Shown here: positions 33,547-43,209 of the stretch, one piece after another
Position numbering within the stretch: the first letter of the stretch is position 1
Layout of the letters: each line of letters opens with the position of its first letter
Origin: an uncultured Acidobacteriota bacterium
GTDB taxonomy: Bacteria; Acidobacteriota; Vicinamibacteria; Vicinamibacterales; UBA2999
Length of the DNA: 64,000 nucleotides
Reading direction: 5' to 3'
Assembly: GCA_902826515.1 (NCBI GenBank)
Contig: CADEFD010000001.1
Location: forward strand, 3,011 to 67,010
The notes under the pieces: generated by a model
Database searches by the model: none
Told to the model about the DNA's origin: nothing
What the model saw: only the letters and a program-made list of their open reading frames with translations
Made by a program: the position numbers and the translations under genes

Positions 33547-34710
33547 CTACCGCGGCGGCCACTTCCAGGGCGGGCGCGACAGGCCGGAGGCTTCCTCGAC
33601 GGCCGTCTCGCCCAGCGCCTTCGACAACGTGACCGTCCAGCAGCCGCGCTGATGCCGCAGCGTCTCGATGAGCGCGGCGGCGTGCGACACCACGATGACC
33701 TGCGTGTGCAGGGCGGCCTGCGCGATGAGGCGGCCGAGCGGCGGCAGCAGGTCCGGGTGCAGGCTCGTCTCCGGTTCGTTCAGCACGAGCACATCGGGCG
33801 GACGCGGCGTGAGCAGCGCCGCCACCCACAACACGTAGCGCAGCGTGCCGTCCGAGAGTTCGGCCGCCTGCAGCGGACGCAGCAGCCCGTGCTGCTGCAT
33901 CTCGAGGCTGAACCGTCCGTCGTGCACGGCCACGCGCAGGCGGGCGCCGGGAAAGGCGTCGTCGATCGCGGCATCGAGCGCACCTTTGTCGCCGATCTCG
34001 ACAATCGTCTGCACGGCGGCCGCCACGTCGGCGCCGTCGTGCCCGAGCACCGGCGTGCGCGTGCCGACCTGCGCGAGCCGGGCCGGCGCGGCGTGATCGG
34101 TGCGGAACTGGTCGTAGAAGCGCCAGCCGCGCATCTGCTCGCGCAGCAGCAGCATCTCGGGCGCCTGGCGCGGGTCGGCGCAGTGCGTCATCATGCTGTC
34201 GAAGCTCGAGAGCTGATGGGTGAGCAGCACCCAGTCGCGCCCGCCCTCGCGCGTGCGTACCACGCCGCCCTTGCGTTCGACGAGCACGGCGGCGGGCCGC
34301 AGCGTCTCTCCCGCCCACACCACCTCGCTCTTGATCTCGGGGTCGCCACCGAAGGCACCCACGGGCGGCGCCGGCAGCCCAAGGTCGATGGCGTAGCCGA
34401 AATCGGGGCCGCCAAAGCCGAGGCGCAGGCTCACCGGCCCCTTCCGCACGGTGCCCTGCACGGGCGTGTCGCCTTCACGCATGCCCTTCGAAAACCGCTC
34501 CGGACCGGCCCAGAGCGTGGACGGCAGGCCGCCTTCCTGCGCGAGTGACGGCACGACGCGGCCCTGTGCGGTCTCGGCCAGCAGGCGGAGCGCGCGGTAC
34601 AGGCTCGATTTGCCCGAGCCGTTGGGCCCGGTGATGAGGGTCAGCCGGCCGAGCGGCACGACCAGGTCGCGGAGCGAGCGGTAGCCGGCGATGGCGAGCG
34701 TGGAGATCAT
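33547..34710 (-). CDS. Stand-alone AAA/ABC-type ATPase (RecF/SMC-N-like, AAA_21-type)
   Basis: Start set at MISTLAIAGYRSLRDLVVPLGRLTLITGPNGSGKSSLYRAL (GGAGGAG 8 nt upstream). Motifs seen: LSDGTLRYVLWVAAL (signature-like), VLVLNEPETSLHPD (Walker B), VVSHA. Confidence 0.8.
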   Translation of the reverse strand: MISTLAIAGYRSLRDLVVPLGRLTLITGPNGSGKSSLYRALRLLAETAQGRVVPSLAQEGGLPSTLWAGPERFSKGMREGDTPVQGTVRKGPVSLRLGFGGPDFGYAIDLGLPAPPVGAFGGDPEIKSEVVWAGETLRPAAVLVERKGGVVRTREGGRDWVLLTHQLSSFDSMMTHCADPRQAPEMLLLREQMRGWRFYDQFRTDHAAPARLAQVGTRTPVLGHDGADVAAAVQTIVEIGDKGALDAAIDDAFPGARLRVAVHDGRFSLEMQQHGLLRPLQAAELSDGTLRYVLWVAALLTPRPPDVLVLNEPETSLHPDLLPPLGRLIAQAALHTQVIVVSHAAALIETLRHQRGCWTVTLSKALGETAVEEASGLSRPPWKWPPR

Positions 34711-34752
34711 GGGCGGCTCCTCCATGATGGCCGAATCCAGTACCCTTGAGGG

Positions 34753-36369
<1,617 letters not shown>

Positions 36370-36435
36370 CACACGGATTCACAGTTCGGAGCGAAATCCT
36401 CGGGAAATCGAGCCGTTTCGAGCAGGACCCGGCAT

Positions 36436-38073
36436 GTGCCGGGGGTACACTTCGGAGGCTTGCGCCCCCACGCATCGCCCCTCGGCTCGCGCTCGACGCT
36501 CATCGCCGCGCTGCTCGCCGCCGCCTGTGCCCTGCGCCTGCTGCTCGGCGTGACCACGGCCTGGAACTGGGACGAGGAGCGCGAGTGGGTCTATACCGCT
36601 GACGCGATCTCGTTCGTGCCCGGACGCATCAGCACGCCGTACCGTATCGCCAATCACCCGACGGGCGGCGCCTACGGCATGAGCGCCGGCATGGCGGCTT
36701 TGCCAGGCACGCGCGTCGGCCCGCGGCTGGGGGGCATCCTCGTGGGTTCGGCGACGGTCCTTCTCGCCGCGACGATGGCCGGTGCGCTCGGCGGCCCGGC
36801 CGCCGCGGTGTGGACGGCGGCGCTTGTCGCCTTCAACGAGTACCACATGGCGGTGTCGGCCATGGCGCTCGAACTCGTCTACTACGTGGCCTTCGGGATG
36901 TTCGCCGTGTTCGCGTTCTGGCGTTTCCTCGAGACCGATCGCGACCGCTGGCTCTACGCGGCCGCCGTCTCGCTCGGCTACGCGTACTTCTGCAAGGAGA
37001 TCGCCGCCCTCATCGGCCCGGTGCTGCTCGCGGCGCTCATCCGCCGCGACGGCCTGCGCTGGCTGTGGCGGGGACGCTCGTGGCTGGCGGCCGGCATCGT
37101 CGTGCTGTTCGTGGTTCCCGACTACCTGAGCTTCGGCGCCACGCCCGAGTCGGCGTTGCTGCCGGCCGACCACGTGTCGCGCATCAAGGGGCTCGGGCTG
37201 CGGTATCACCCGACGATGTTCTATCTCTACGACGCCGTGCGGTGGGCGTTCGAGCGGCTCGGCCGCGACTTCTACGATGCCGGCCTCGGCGGCTACCCGC
37301 ACACCAACCTCGTCGCCGGCGCGCTCATGCTGGGCGGGACGGCGTGGGCCCTCCTCGTCGGCCAGGTCTGGCGGCATCAGCTCGGCGCCCTGCTCCTGGC
37401 TGTGTTCGCCACGATCTTCAGCTGGTTCACTTTCATCGAAACCGACGGCGGCACCCGTGGGCTCGACCCGATCGGCTGGCAGTGGGTGGACCTCACGCTC
37501 GTCCCCGCGACGGTGTTCACCGGTACCTGGCTGTCGCGTCAGGCGGGCCGCTGGCGCGCGCTCACCTGGGGCGCGGCCGCGCTGGCGCTCGCGGTGGCCG
37601 CGGTCGAGACCGTCACCACGCGGTTGAACACGTCGGCGCTGTCGGCCGCGGCCTGCCCCGAGCACGTGCTCGCGACCGGCGCGCTGCAGGAGGTCCGCTT
37701 CGAGCTCGGCTCGTGTGATGTATGCGCGACGCCCGAGGCGCGTGTGGCCAGTGTGGCGATCGTCGGGCCGCTCGGGCAGCTGCGCCCGGCCGCCGCGGAC
37801 GAATTCGAAGTGGTGGCCAACGGACCGGCGCCGCGCGTGCGCCTGCAGGCCGCTTCGCTGCCCGGCGAGAACTGGGGCCGCTGGCCGGGCCCATGGTCGG
37901 CGGGGGAACCGGCGCGCCGCTACACCGTGACCCTGGAGCCGACGACGCCCGGCGCCGCCGCCTGGCAGCGGGCCGCGGAGCCGGACGCGATCGAGGTCGA
38001 GGTGTTCATCATGCCGCGCCCGTTCGAGCCGCACTACCGGCCGGTGTTCGCCTGCCGGCCCGCCGCGAACTGA
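36436..38073 (+). CDS. GT-C-fold glycosyltransferase-like polytopic membrane protein (ArnT/PMT, GT39-like)
   Basis: About 10 hydrophobic spans, a first-loop acidic motif WNWDEEREW, and a soluble C-terminal domain of about 150 aa. The start is uncertain: GTG 36436 lies in a CCCGGCA-TG-TGCCGGG hairpin. Confidence 0.6.
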   Translation: MPGVHFGGLRPHASPLGSRSTLIAALLAAACALRLLLGVTTAWNWDEEREWVYTADAISFVPGRISTPYRIANHPTGGAYGMSAGMAALPGTRVGPRLGGILVGSATVLLAATMAGALGGPAAAVWTAALVAFNEYHMAVSAMALELVYYVAFGMFAVFAFWRFLETDRDRWLYAAAVSLGYAYFCKEIAALIGPVLLAALIRRDGLRWLWRGRSWLAAGIVVLFVVPDYLSFGATPESALLPADHVSRIKGLGLRYHPTMFYLYDAVRWAFERLGRDFYDAGLGGYPHTNLVAGALMLGGTAWALLVGQVWRHQLGALLLAVFATIFSWFTFIETDGGTRGLDPIGWQWVDLTLVPATVFTGTWLSRQAGRWRALTWGAAALALAVAAVETVTTRLNTSALSAAACPEHVLATGALQEVRFELGSCDVCATPEARVASVAIVGPLGQLRPAAADEFEVVANGPAPRVRLQAASLPGENWGRWPGPWSAGEPARRYTVTLEPTTPGAAAWQRAAEPDAIEVEVFIMPRPFEPHYRPVFACRPAAN

Positions 38074-38127
38074 GCCGCGGTTCCAACCCTCACCGGCGCG
38101 GCGCCGTCCAAGGCGCGAGGTCTCACC

Positions 38128-39120
38128 ATGCGCCGACGTTCCTGGCTCACCGGACTCGTACTGCTGTGCACACTCGTGGGCGGGGCCTGGCCGGCAGCCC
38201 GGCAGTCTGCGGAGACGACGAACGGCACGTGGACCGCAGACGTCGAGACGTCCTGGCGCGGCGACGACGGCCGGCCCCGCGTGCAGCTCCAGCTGCGCAC
38301 GGAGGGCCGCGACAGCCACTGGGGCTTCGGCGTGCGCCCCGAGGACCTGCAGGGCCTGCCGCCCGGCGCCCGGGACGGGGCGGTGGCGAACGCGCGGTTC
38401 CACCTCGTGCGCGAGGCCGGCACCTTCACGTTCAGCGGCACGTTCGACGACGGGCGCGGCAGCGGGCCGTTCACCTTCGCGCCCGCCGCGGCGTACGTCC
38501 GTACGATGGAGGGCTTCGGGTACCGCAACCTTCCGGGCGAACGCCTCATGCGCCTGGCCGTGCTGGATGTGACGGGCGCCTTCGTCCGCGAGCTGCGCGA
38601 CGCCGGCCAGACGACGCTGCCGCTCGAGGACCTCGTGCGCTTCCGCATCCACGGCGTGTCTGGATCGCTCGTGCGCGCCTTCGCGCAGGCCGGACTGACG
38701 CCCCTCGCGCCCGGGGACCTCGTGCGGCTGCGCATCCACGGCGTGACGCCGGATTTCCTCACCGGACTACGCAGCCGCCGCTATACCGGCCTCGGTGCCG
38801 ACGACCTGACGCGCATGCGCATTCACGGCGTGACGCTCGAGGAGATCGACGCGCTGGGCGCAGCCGGCCTGCGGGGCGTCGCGGCGGACGAGCTGGTGCG
38901 CTTCCGCATCCACGGCGTCAGCCCGGCGTTCGTGCGCGACATGCGCGCGCTCGGCTTCACGACCGCCGATGCGGACGACTTCGTGCGGATGCGCATCCAC
39001 CGGGTCACGGCGTCACGCGTGCGCGACGCCCGCGCCGACGGGCTCGACATCGCCACCGCCGACGACGCCGTGGAGCTGGCCATCCACGGGCGGCGCTGGT
39101 CGCGCGGCCGGCGGCGCTGA
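38128..39120 (+). CDS. Secreted protein with 6-7 tandem 29-aa repeats (D-LVR-RIHGV type)
   Basis: Signal peptide MRRRSWLTGLVLLCTLVGGAWPAA. Repeats start at aa 139, 168, 197, 226, 255, 284 and 313 with an exact 29-aa spacing. Examples: DLVRFRIHGVSGSLVRAFAQAGLTPLAPG / DLVRLRIHGVTPDFLTGLRSRRYTGLGAD / DLTRMRIHGVTLEEIDALGAAGLRGVAAD. Confidence 0.8.
   Translation: MRRRSWLTGLVLLCTLVGGAWPAARQSAETTNGTWTADVETSWRGDDGRPRVQLQLRTEGRDSHWGFGVRPEDLQGLPPGARDGAVANARFHLVREAGTFTFSGTFDDGRGSGPFTFAPAAAYVRTMEGFGYRNLPGERLMRLAVLDVTGAFVRELRDAGQTTLPLEDLVRFRIHGVSGSLVRAFAQAGLTPLAPGDLVRLRIHGVTPDFLTGLRSRRYTGLGADDLTRMRIHGVTLEEIDALGAAGLRGVAADELVRFRIHGVSPAFVRDMRALGFTTADADDFVRMRIHRVTASRVRDARADGLDIATADDAVELAIHGRRWSRGRRR
38542..39093 (+). 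repeat. 87-nt (29-codon) tandem coding repeats inside 38128-39120
   Basis: CGCATCCACGGCGT(G/C) recurs near 38644, 38731, 38818 (CGCATTCACGGCGTG) and 38905, with a degenerate copy near 38992. Confidence 0.8.
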
Positions 39121-39130
39121 CGTCCCGGCG

Positions 39131-40825
39131 CTACGGGGCCGGCACGACGACGGCGGGAACGAAGCCTTCGGCACCCGGCTGCGCGCGCCAGCGCGCGGCA
39201 CTCGCGGCCGTCACGCAGACGTCCACGCCGTCGAGCACGCCGCAGGCGAGCGGCACTGACGTGGCGGCACCGAGCGCGGCGCGCATCGCCGGACTCAGCA
39301 CGTAGACGCTGTCATCGCTGACCGCGCCGGCGCGAAGGTCCGCTTCGAGCGCGGCGCAGTAGCGCAGCACGGCGCCGGTGTCGTAGCGGCCGGCGTTCCC
39401 CGAGTTGATCGTGACGCCGTGGGTGCCGGCCAGCAGCGAGAACGGCAGGTGCGGACCGGCCACCGGCGCCCACACGGCGGCGCACATATCGGGCGGCGCC
39501 ATCACGAGATGCCGGTAGGCGGGCACGATCGCCGTCCACGCGGCGCTCGTCACCGGCGAGTCGTAGTCGGTCCACGCGGGATTGTGCTCGCGCGCGTGCA
39601 GAGCGCGATAGGCGCCGCTCATGTCCACCGCCTGCACCACGAAGGCGAGGGCGAAGGCGGCCAGCGCGGCCGGACGCGGCAGACGCGTCACGAGCGCCAG
39701 CGCCACGAACGTGAACACCGTGTACATCGTGACCCAGCCGAAGCGGCCGCTCGACCGGAAGGTGGCGAGACTCGCCGGCGCCCAGTCGCGCAGATCGACG
39801 AGTGTCGTCGCCCCGAAGGTGACCACCGGGCTGATGGCGATGGCCGTGCATGCGGCCACGGCCAGCCAGCCTAGCCCCAGCCGCGGCATCGGTGCGCCGG
39901 CGCGCGGGCGCAGACGTACAACGAGTGCCGCCACCGTGAGCAGCAGCCAGCCCATCCCGAAGTAGACATGCCCCTCGTATTGGCCGGGCACCGCGAGCGG
40001 AAGCTCGGGCAGGAGCGTCGTGTAACCCATGCCCATGATCGGTCCGAGCAGGTTCATCGACAGCAGCCCCAGGCCGTCCGACTGCAGACTCTCGGAGCTG
40101 ATGAGGAAGTAGCCGCACAGCCAGAACACGCCGCCCATCACGAGTCCGGCTGCAGCACTGTCAGCGGCGAAGCCGGCCGCCGCGCGGCGCCACGTGGCGG
40201 CACGCCAGGCGCGGTTCGCGAAGGCGGCCAGCGCCAGCAGCAGCACCATGCCGGCCAGGTACGGCTGCACGGCGCCCACGATCGCCGCAAGCGCCAGCCA
40301 CGCGCCGCGATGCCACGGGCGCTGGGCGCGCGTGCCGTCGAGGAGCAGCCAGATCGACGCCAGCAGCACCCAGTGGGCGCAGAGCGCAGGGTGACCGAGG
40401 CGGTTGAAGAGGGCCGGCGTCTGCACGAAGAGCGCCGCGCCGAGCAGTTGCAGGCGCCAGTCGGGTGTGGCGAGGCGCAGCAGCAGCACGCCGAACACTC
40501 CCTGCAGGACGAAGCAGAGCAGCAGCCAGGCGCCCAGGTATTGCGACCGCTCTGGCAGCAGCGCCTGCAGCGGCTTCAGCGCGAAGGCCACGACCGGAAT
40601 CGCGTCCGTGTTCCCGATCGATGTGCCGACGGGATAACCGATGCCGTCGATGCGGCCGGGCGGCCAGCGCCACGGCTCGTGCCGGAAGTGCGTCCACGCC
40701 AGCACGTAGGTCTGGAGGTCGTGCCGCATCGTCCAGCCGAGATTCGACGGACGGACGATGGCCGTGCCGAGCACGGCCACGAACAGCGCGGCGCCGAGGA
40801 GGCCGCCGGCGAGCGCTGTTCTCAC
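39131..40825 (-). CDS. Large polytopic membrane protein (DUF6311-like / GT-C-like)
   Basis: ORF 39131..41209 trimmed to a GTG that overlaps the DinB stop (GTGA). It reads (M)RTALAGGLLGAALFVAVLGTAIV, then AWTHFRHEPWRWPPGRIDGIGYPVGTSIGNTDAIPVVAFALKPL, about 10 further hydrophobic spans and a soluble C-terminus. The family name is from memory only. Confidence 0.6.
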   Translation of the reverse strand: MRTALAGGLLGAALFVAVLGTAIVRPSNLGWTMRHDLQTYVLAWTHFRHEPWRWPPGRIDGIGYPVGTSIGNTDAIPVVAFALKPLQALLPERSQYLGAWLLLCFVLQGVFGVLLLRLATPDWRLQLLGAALFVQTPALFNRLGHPALCAHWVLLASIWLLLDGTRAQRPWHRGAWLALAAIVGAVQPYLAGMVLLLALAAFANRAWRAATWRRAAAGFAADSAAAGLVMGGVFWLCGYFLISSESLQSDGLGLLSMNLLGPIMGMGYTTLLPELPLAVPGQYEGHVYFGMGWLLLTVAALVVRLRPRAGAPMPRLGLGWLAVAACTAIAISPVVTFGATTLVDLRDWAPASLATFRSSGRFGWVTMYTVFTFVALALVTRLPRPAALAAFALAFVVQAVDMSGAYRALHAREHNPAWTDYDSPVTSAAWTAIVPAYRHLVMAPPDMCAAVWAPVAGPHLPFSLLAGTHGVTINSGNAGRYDTGAVLRYCAALEADLRAGAVSDDSVYVLSPAMRAALGAATSVPLACGVLDGVDVCVTAASAARWRAQPGAEGFVPAVVVPAP

Positions 40826-41340
40826 ACACCGTACCTGTCGCGCAGGATGCCTGCGTGATGCGCGAAGTGCCCGGCCACGAGCCACACGAGCGCGCGCGCG
40901 GTCACGCGCTGGCCGTTGGCCAGCGCCTCGCGGTCGAGGGCCGCCTCGTCGAGCGAGCGGATGAGCGCCAGCGATCCGAACCGCACCGCTTTCAGTTCGG
41001 CCACCACACTGGCGAGCGTGCGCGATTCGAAGCCGGCGGCAAGCTGCCAGGCGTTCTCGTCGAAGCCCGAGAGCGGCGTGGTGTCGGCGCGGGCGATGCG
41101 CAGCAGCCGGTAGGCGAAGACACGTTCGGTGTCGGCCATGTGGCCGACGACCTGCGTCACGCTCCACTTGCCGTCGGCGTAACGATGCGCGGCCTTCTCT
41201 TCCGGCCACGTGGTCATGTAGGCGAGCACGTCGCTCTGCCGCGCCAGCAGTTCGTGCGCGTCCTCGATGGGCACGGTGGCGTCGAGGTAGGGCTGGTAGA
41301 AGGGGGCGTAGTCGCCTGGTTGCGGACGGCCGATGGTCAT
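40822..41340 (-). CDS. DinB-family protein
   Basis: ORF 40822..41790 trimmed to MTIGRPQPGDYAPFYQPYLD (its ATG overlaps the ArsA stop, ATGA). VVGHMADTERVF and VAGHFAHHAGIL are His motifs of the DinB four-helix bundle. Confidence 0.85.
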   Translation of the reverse strand: MTIGRPQPGDYAPFYQPYLDATVPIEDAHELLARQSDVLAYMTTWPEEKAAHRYADGKWSVTQVVGHMADTERVFAYRLLRIARADTTPLSGFDENAWQLAAGFESRTLASVVAELKAVRFGSLALIRSLDEAALDREALANGQRVTARALVWLVAGHFAHHAGILRDRYGV

Positions 41341-42269
41341 GGGGTCACTCCTGTGGCGGCGGCGAGCGCGTCGGCCACCGGGCCGAGGCTCGCAAGGCCG
41401 TAGACGTCGCGGCGGAACTGCGGCAGATACACGCGCGGGCGGCTGGCAAAGCGCTTCGCGATCTCGTCGAGGTAGATCTGCTCCTGCTCGCGGCGGGCGG
41501 CGAGGAAGGCATCGGTGGTCTCGCGCGGCAGCACGCGGTTCACCACGAGCCCGCCCACCTTCACGCCGGTCTCGTCGAGCTGCGTGAGCGCGCGCGCCGT
41601 TTCTTCGATCGGCAGGCGTTCGGGGATGAGCACCAGCACGAATGCGCTCGTGCGGCCGCTCATGAGCCGGGCCCGCAGCCCCTGCAGCCGCTCGAAGCGA
41701 TCCTTCAGCGAGACGAGGATCGGATCCTCCTTGTCGTCGCCTTCCACGCCGAGCATGGCGCGGCGGGAGCGCGTGAGCGCGCGGATCCACGCGTCCATCA
41801 GCTCCGGCATCTTCACGAGACGCAGCGTGTGGCCGGTGGGCGCGGTGTCGAAGATGACCAGGTTGAAGCGCGTGTCTTCGCCGCGGATCAGGCCGCCCAT
41901 GCGGTCGAAGAGCGCCACTTCCTCGGCGCCCGGCATGCTGGCGGCGAGATCGATCTGCTTGTAGGCCTCTTTGAGGATCGAGTGCCCGAAGAGATCGCGC
42001 ACGCGGTCCTTCACCTCGCGCACGTAGCGGGCCGACTCGGTGGCGGCGTCGATCTCGAGGCCCCAGAGGTTCGGCAGGAGCTCGGTGGGATCGGCGCCGA
42101 TCGGCCGCTCGAAGATGTCGGAGGTCGAATGGGCCGGGTCGGTCGAGACGAGCAGCACCTTGCGGCCGGCGCGGCTGGCCGCCAGCGCCATCGCCGCGGC
42201 GCAGGTGGTCTTGCCCACCCCGCCCTTGCCGCCGAAGAAGAGCACCTCGCGGTCGAGCAGCCCCTGCAT
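41337..42269 (-). CDS. ArsA/Get3-family P-loop ATPase (single-domain, about 310 aa)
   Basis: Start set at MQGLLDREVLFFGGKGGVGKTTCAAAMALA. Motifs seen: VSTDPAHS and FDTAPTGHTLRL (the ArsA/Get3 signature DTAPTGHT). The ATG lies 2 nt after the upstream small-protein stop. Confidence 0.9.
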   Translation of the reverse strand: MQGLLDREVLFFGGKGGVGKTTCAAAMALAASRAGRKVLLVSTDPAHSTSDIFERPIGADPTELLPNLWGLEIDAATESARYVREVKDRVRDLFGHSILKEAYKQIDLAASMPGAEEVALFDRMGGLIRGEDTRFNLVIFDTAPTGHTLRLVKMPELMDAWIRALTRSRRAMLGVEGDDKEDPILVSLKDRFERLQGLRARLMSGRTSAFVLVLIPERLPIEETARALTQLDETGVKVGGLVVNRVLPRETTDAFLAARREQEQIYLDEIAKRFASRPRVYLPQFRRDVYGLASLGPVADALAAATGVTP

Positions 42270-42271
42270 CG

Positions 42272-42526
42272 TCAGCAGCACGGCAGACTGCCGACGGGCG
42301 ACCGGTCCATCCCCATGCGCCGGTGCCAGAGATGGAACTGATCGAGCAGATGCGGGTAGACCTCGAGCAGGTAGAACGCCGCCGGATTCGGCAGCCCCAC
42401 CACTTCCATGTAGCAGAGCAGCAGGAAGTAGTCGTTCAGCTCGGCGGCCTGCTGTTTGAGCTCACGCTCGTAGCGGCCGTAGGCCACGCCGTAGAGGATG
42501 TCGCGGAGATTCTGGGCGATGGACAT
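42272..42526 (-). CDS. 84-aa protein ending Cys-Cys-stop (possibly the family annotated as cory-CC-star protein)
   Basis: C-terminal part of ORF 42272..43780: MSIAQNLRDILYGVAYGRYERELKQQAAELNDYFLLLCYMEVVGLPNPAAFYLLEVYPHLLDQFHLWHRRMGMDRSPVGSLPCC. Its ATG lies 2 nt after the TMEM175-like stop. The family name is recalled from memory, not verified. Confidence 0.65.
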   Translation of the reverse strand: MSIAQNLRDILYGVAYGRYERELKQQAAELNDYFLLLCYMEVVGLPNPAAFYLLEVYPHLLDQFHLWHRRMGMDRSPVGSLPCC

Positions 42527-42528
42527 GG

Positions 42529-43107
42529 CTAGCCCTCGCGAAGCACACGTTCGATGCGGCGGTCGGGCACCAGCCAGACCAGGGCGACCACGGTGTAGAG
42601 CAGACCCGCGGCGAGCGGCACCCACGGCGCCACGGCGATGCCCACGACATAGACCATGGGCGACACGTTGCCCTTCCAGTCGCCGCCCATCGCCTTCTGC
42701 AGCAGCGAATCGGGCCCCTGCGCGCGCACGATGACCCGCTGCAGGATCCAGTAGGCGATCGCCGCCATCAGCAGCACCACGCCGTAGATCGCGGTGGGGA
42801 TCGGGGCGAAGTGGTTCTCGCCCATCCAGCCGGTCACGAAGGGTACGAGCGACAGCCAGAAGAGCAGATGCAGGTTGGCCCACAGGATGCCACCGGTGAC
42901 GTGCCGCACGGTGTGCAGCATGTGGTGGTGGTTGTTCCAGTAGATGCCCAGGTACACGAAGCTCAGCACGTAGCTCAGGAACACGCCCCAGAGCGGCCCG
43001 AGCGCCGCGAGGGTCGTGTCGTGCGGCACCTTCAGCTCGAGCACCATGATCGTGATGAGAATCGCGATCACGCCGTCGCTGAACGCCTCGAGCCGGCCTT
43101 TGCCCAT
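42529..43107 (-). CDS. TMEM175-family (DUF1211) potassium-channel-like membrane protein
   Basis: MGKGRLEAFSDGVIAILITIMVLELKVP (RxxxFSDGVxAIxxT signature), followed by 5 further TM spans. Confidence 0.85.
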   Translation of the reverse strand: MGKGRLEAFSDGVIAILITIMVLELKVPHDTTLAALGPLWGVFLSYVLSFVYLGIYWNNHHHMLHTVRHVTGGILWANLHLLFWLSLVPFVTGWMGENHFAPIPTAIYGVVLLMAAIAYWILQRVIVRAQGPDSLLQKAMGGDWKGNVSPMVYVVGIAVAPWVPLAAGLLYTVVALVWLVPDRRIERVLREG

Positions 43108-43138
43108 GAAGGGCCGAGTGTACCACCGCGAAACGGCG

Positions 43139-43158
43139 GGCGCGCCGCCGGGCGCGCC
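43139..43158 (-). terminator. GC hairpin between the cytochrome c gene and the TMEM175-like gene (possible terminator/attenuator)
   Basis: GGCGCGCC-GCCG-GGCGCGCC (8-bp stem). On the minus strand it is followed by CGCCGTTTCGCGG, which has only three T. Confidence 0.3.
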
Positions 43159-43209
43159 GTATCCGTCGGTGCTCGCCGTGCCCGGGACGAACCGCTGTCG
43201 CGGCGGATG

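Noticed and set aside
36427-36443. Hairpin CCCGGCA-TG-TGCCGGG after prfC, considered as an intrinsic terminator
   Set aside because: No T run follows it, and it overlaps the only plausible start codon of the next gene. It may influence translation initiation, but it cannot be called a terminator from sequence alone.
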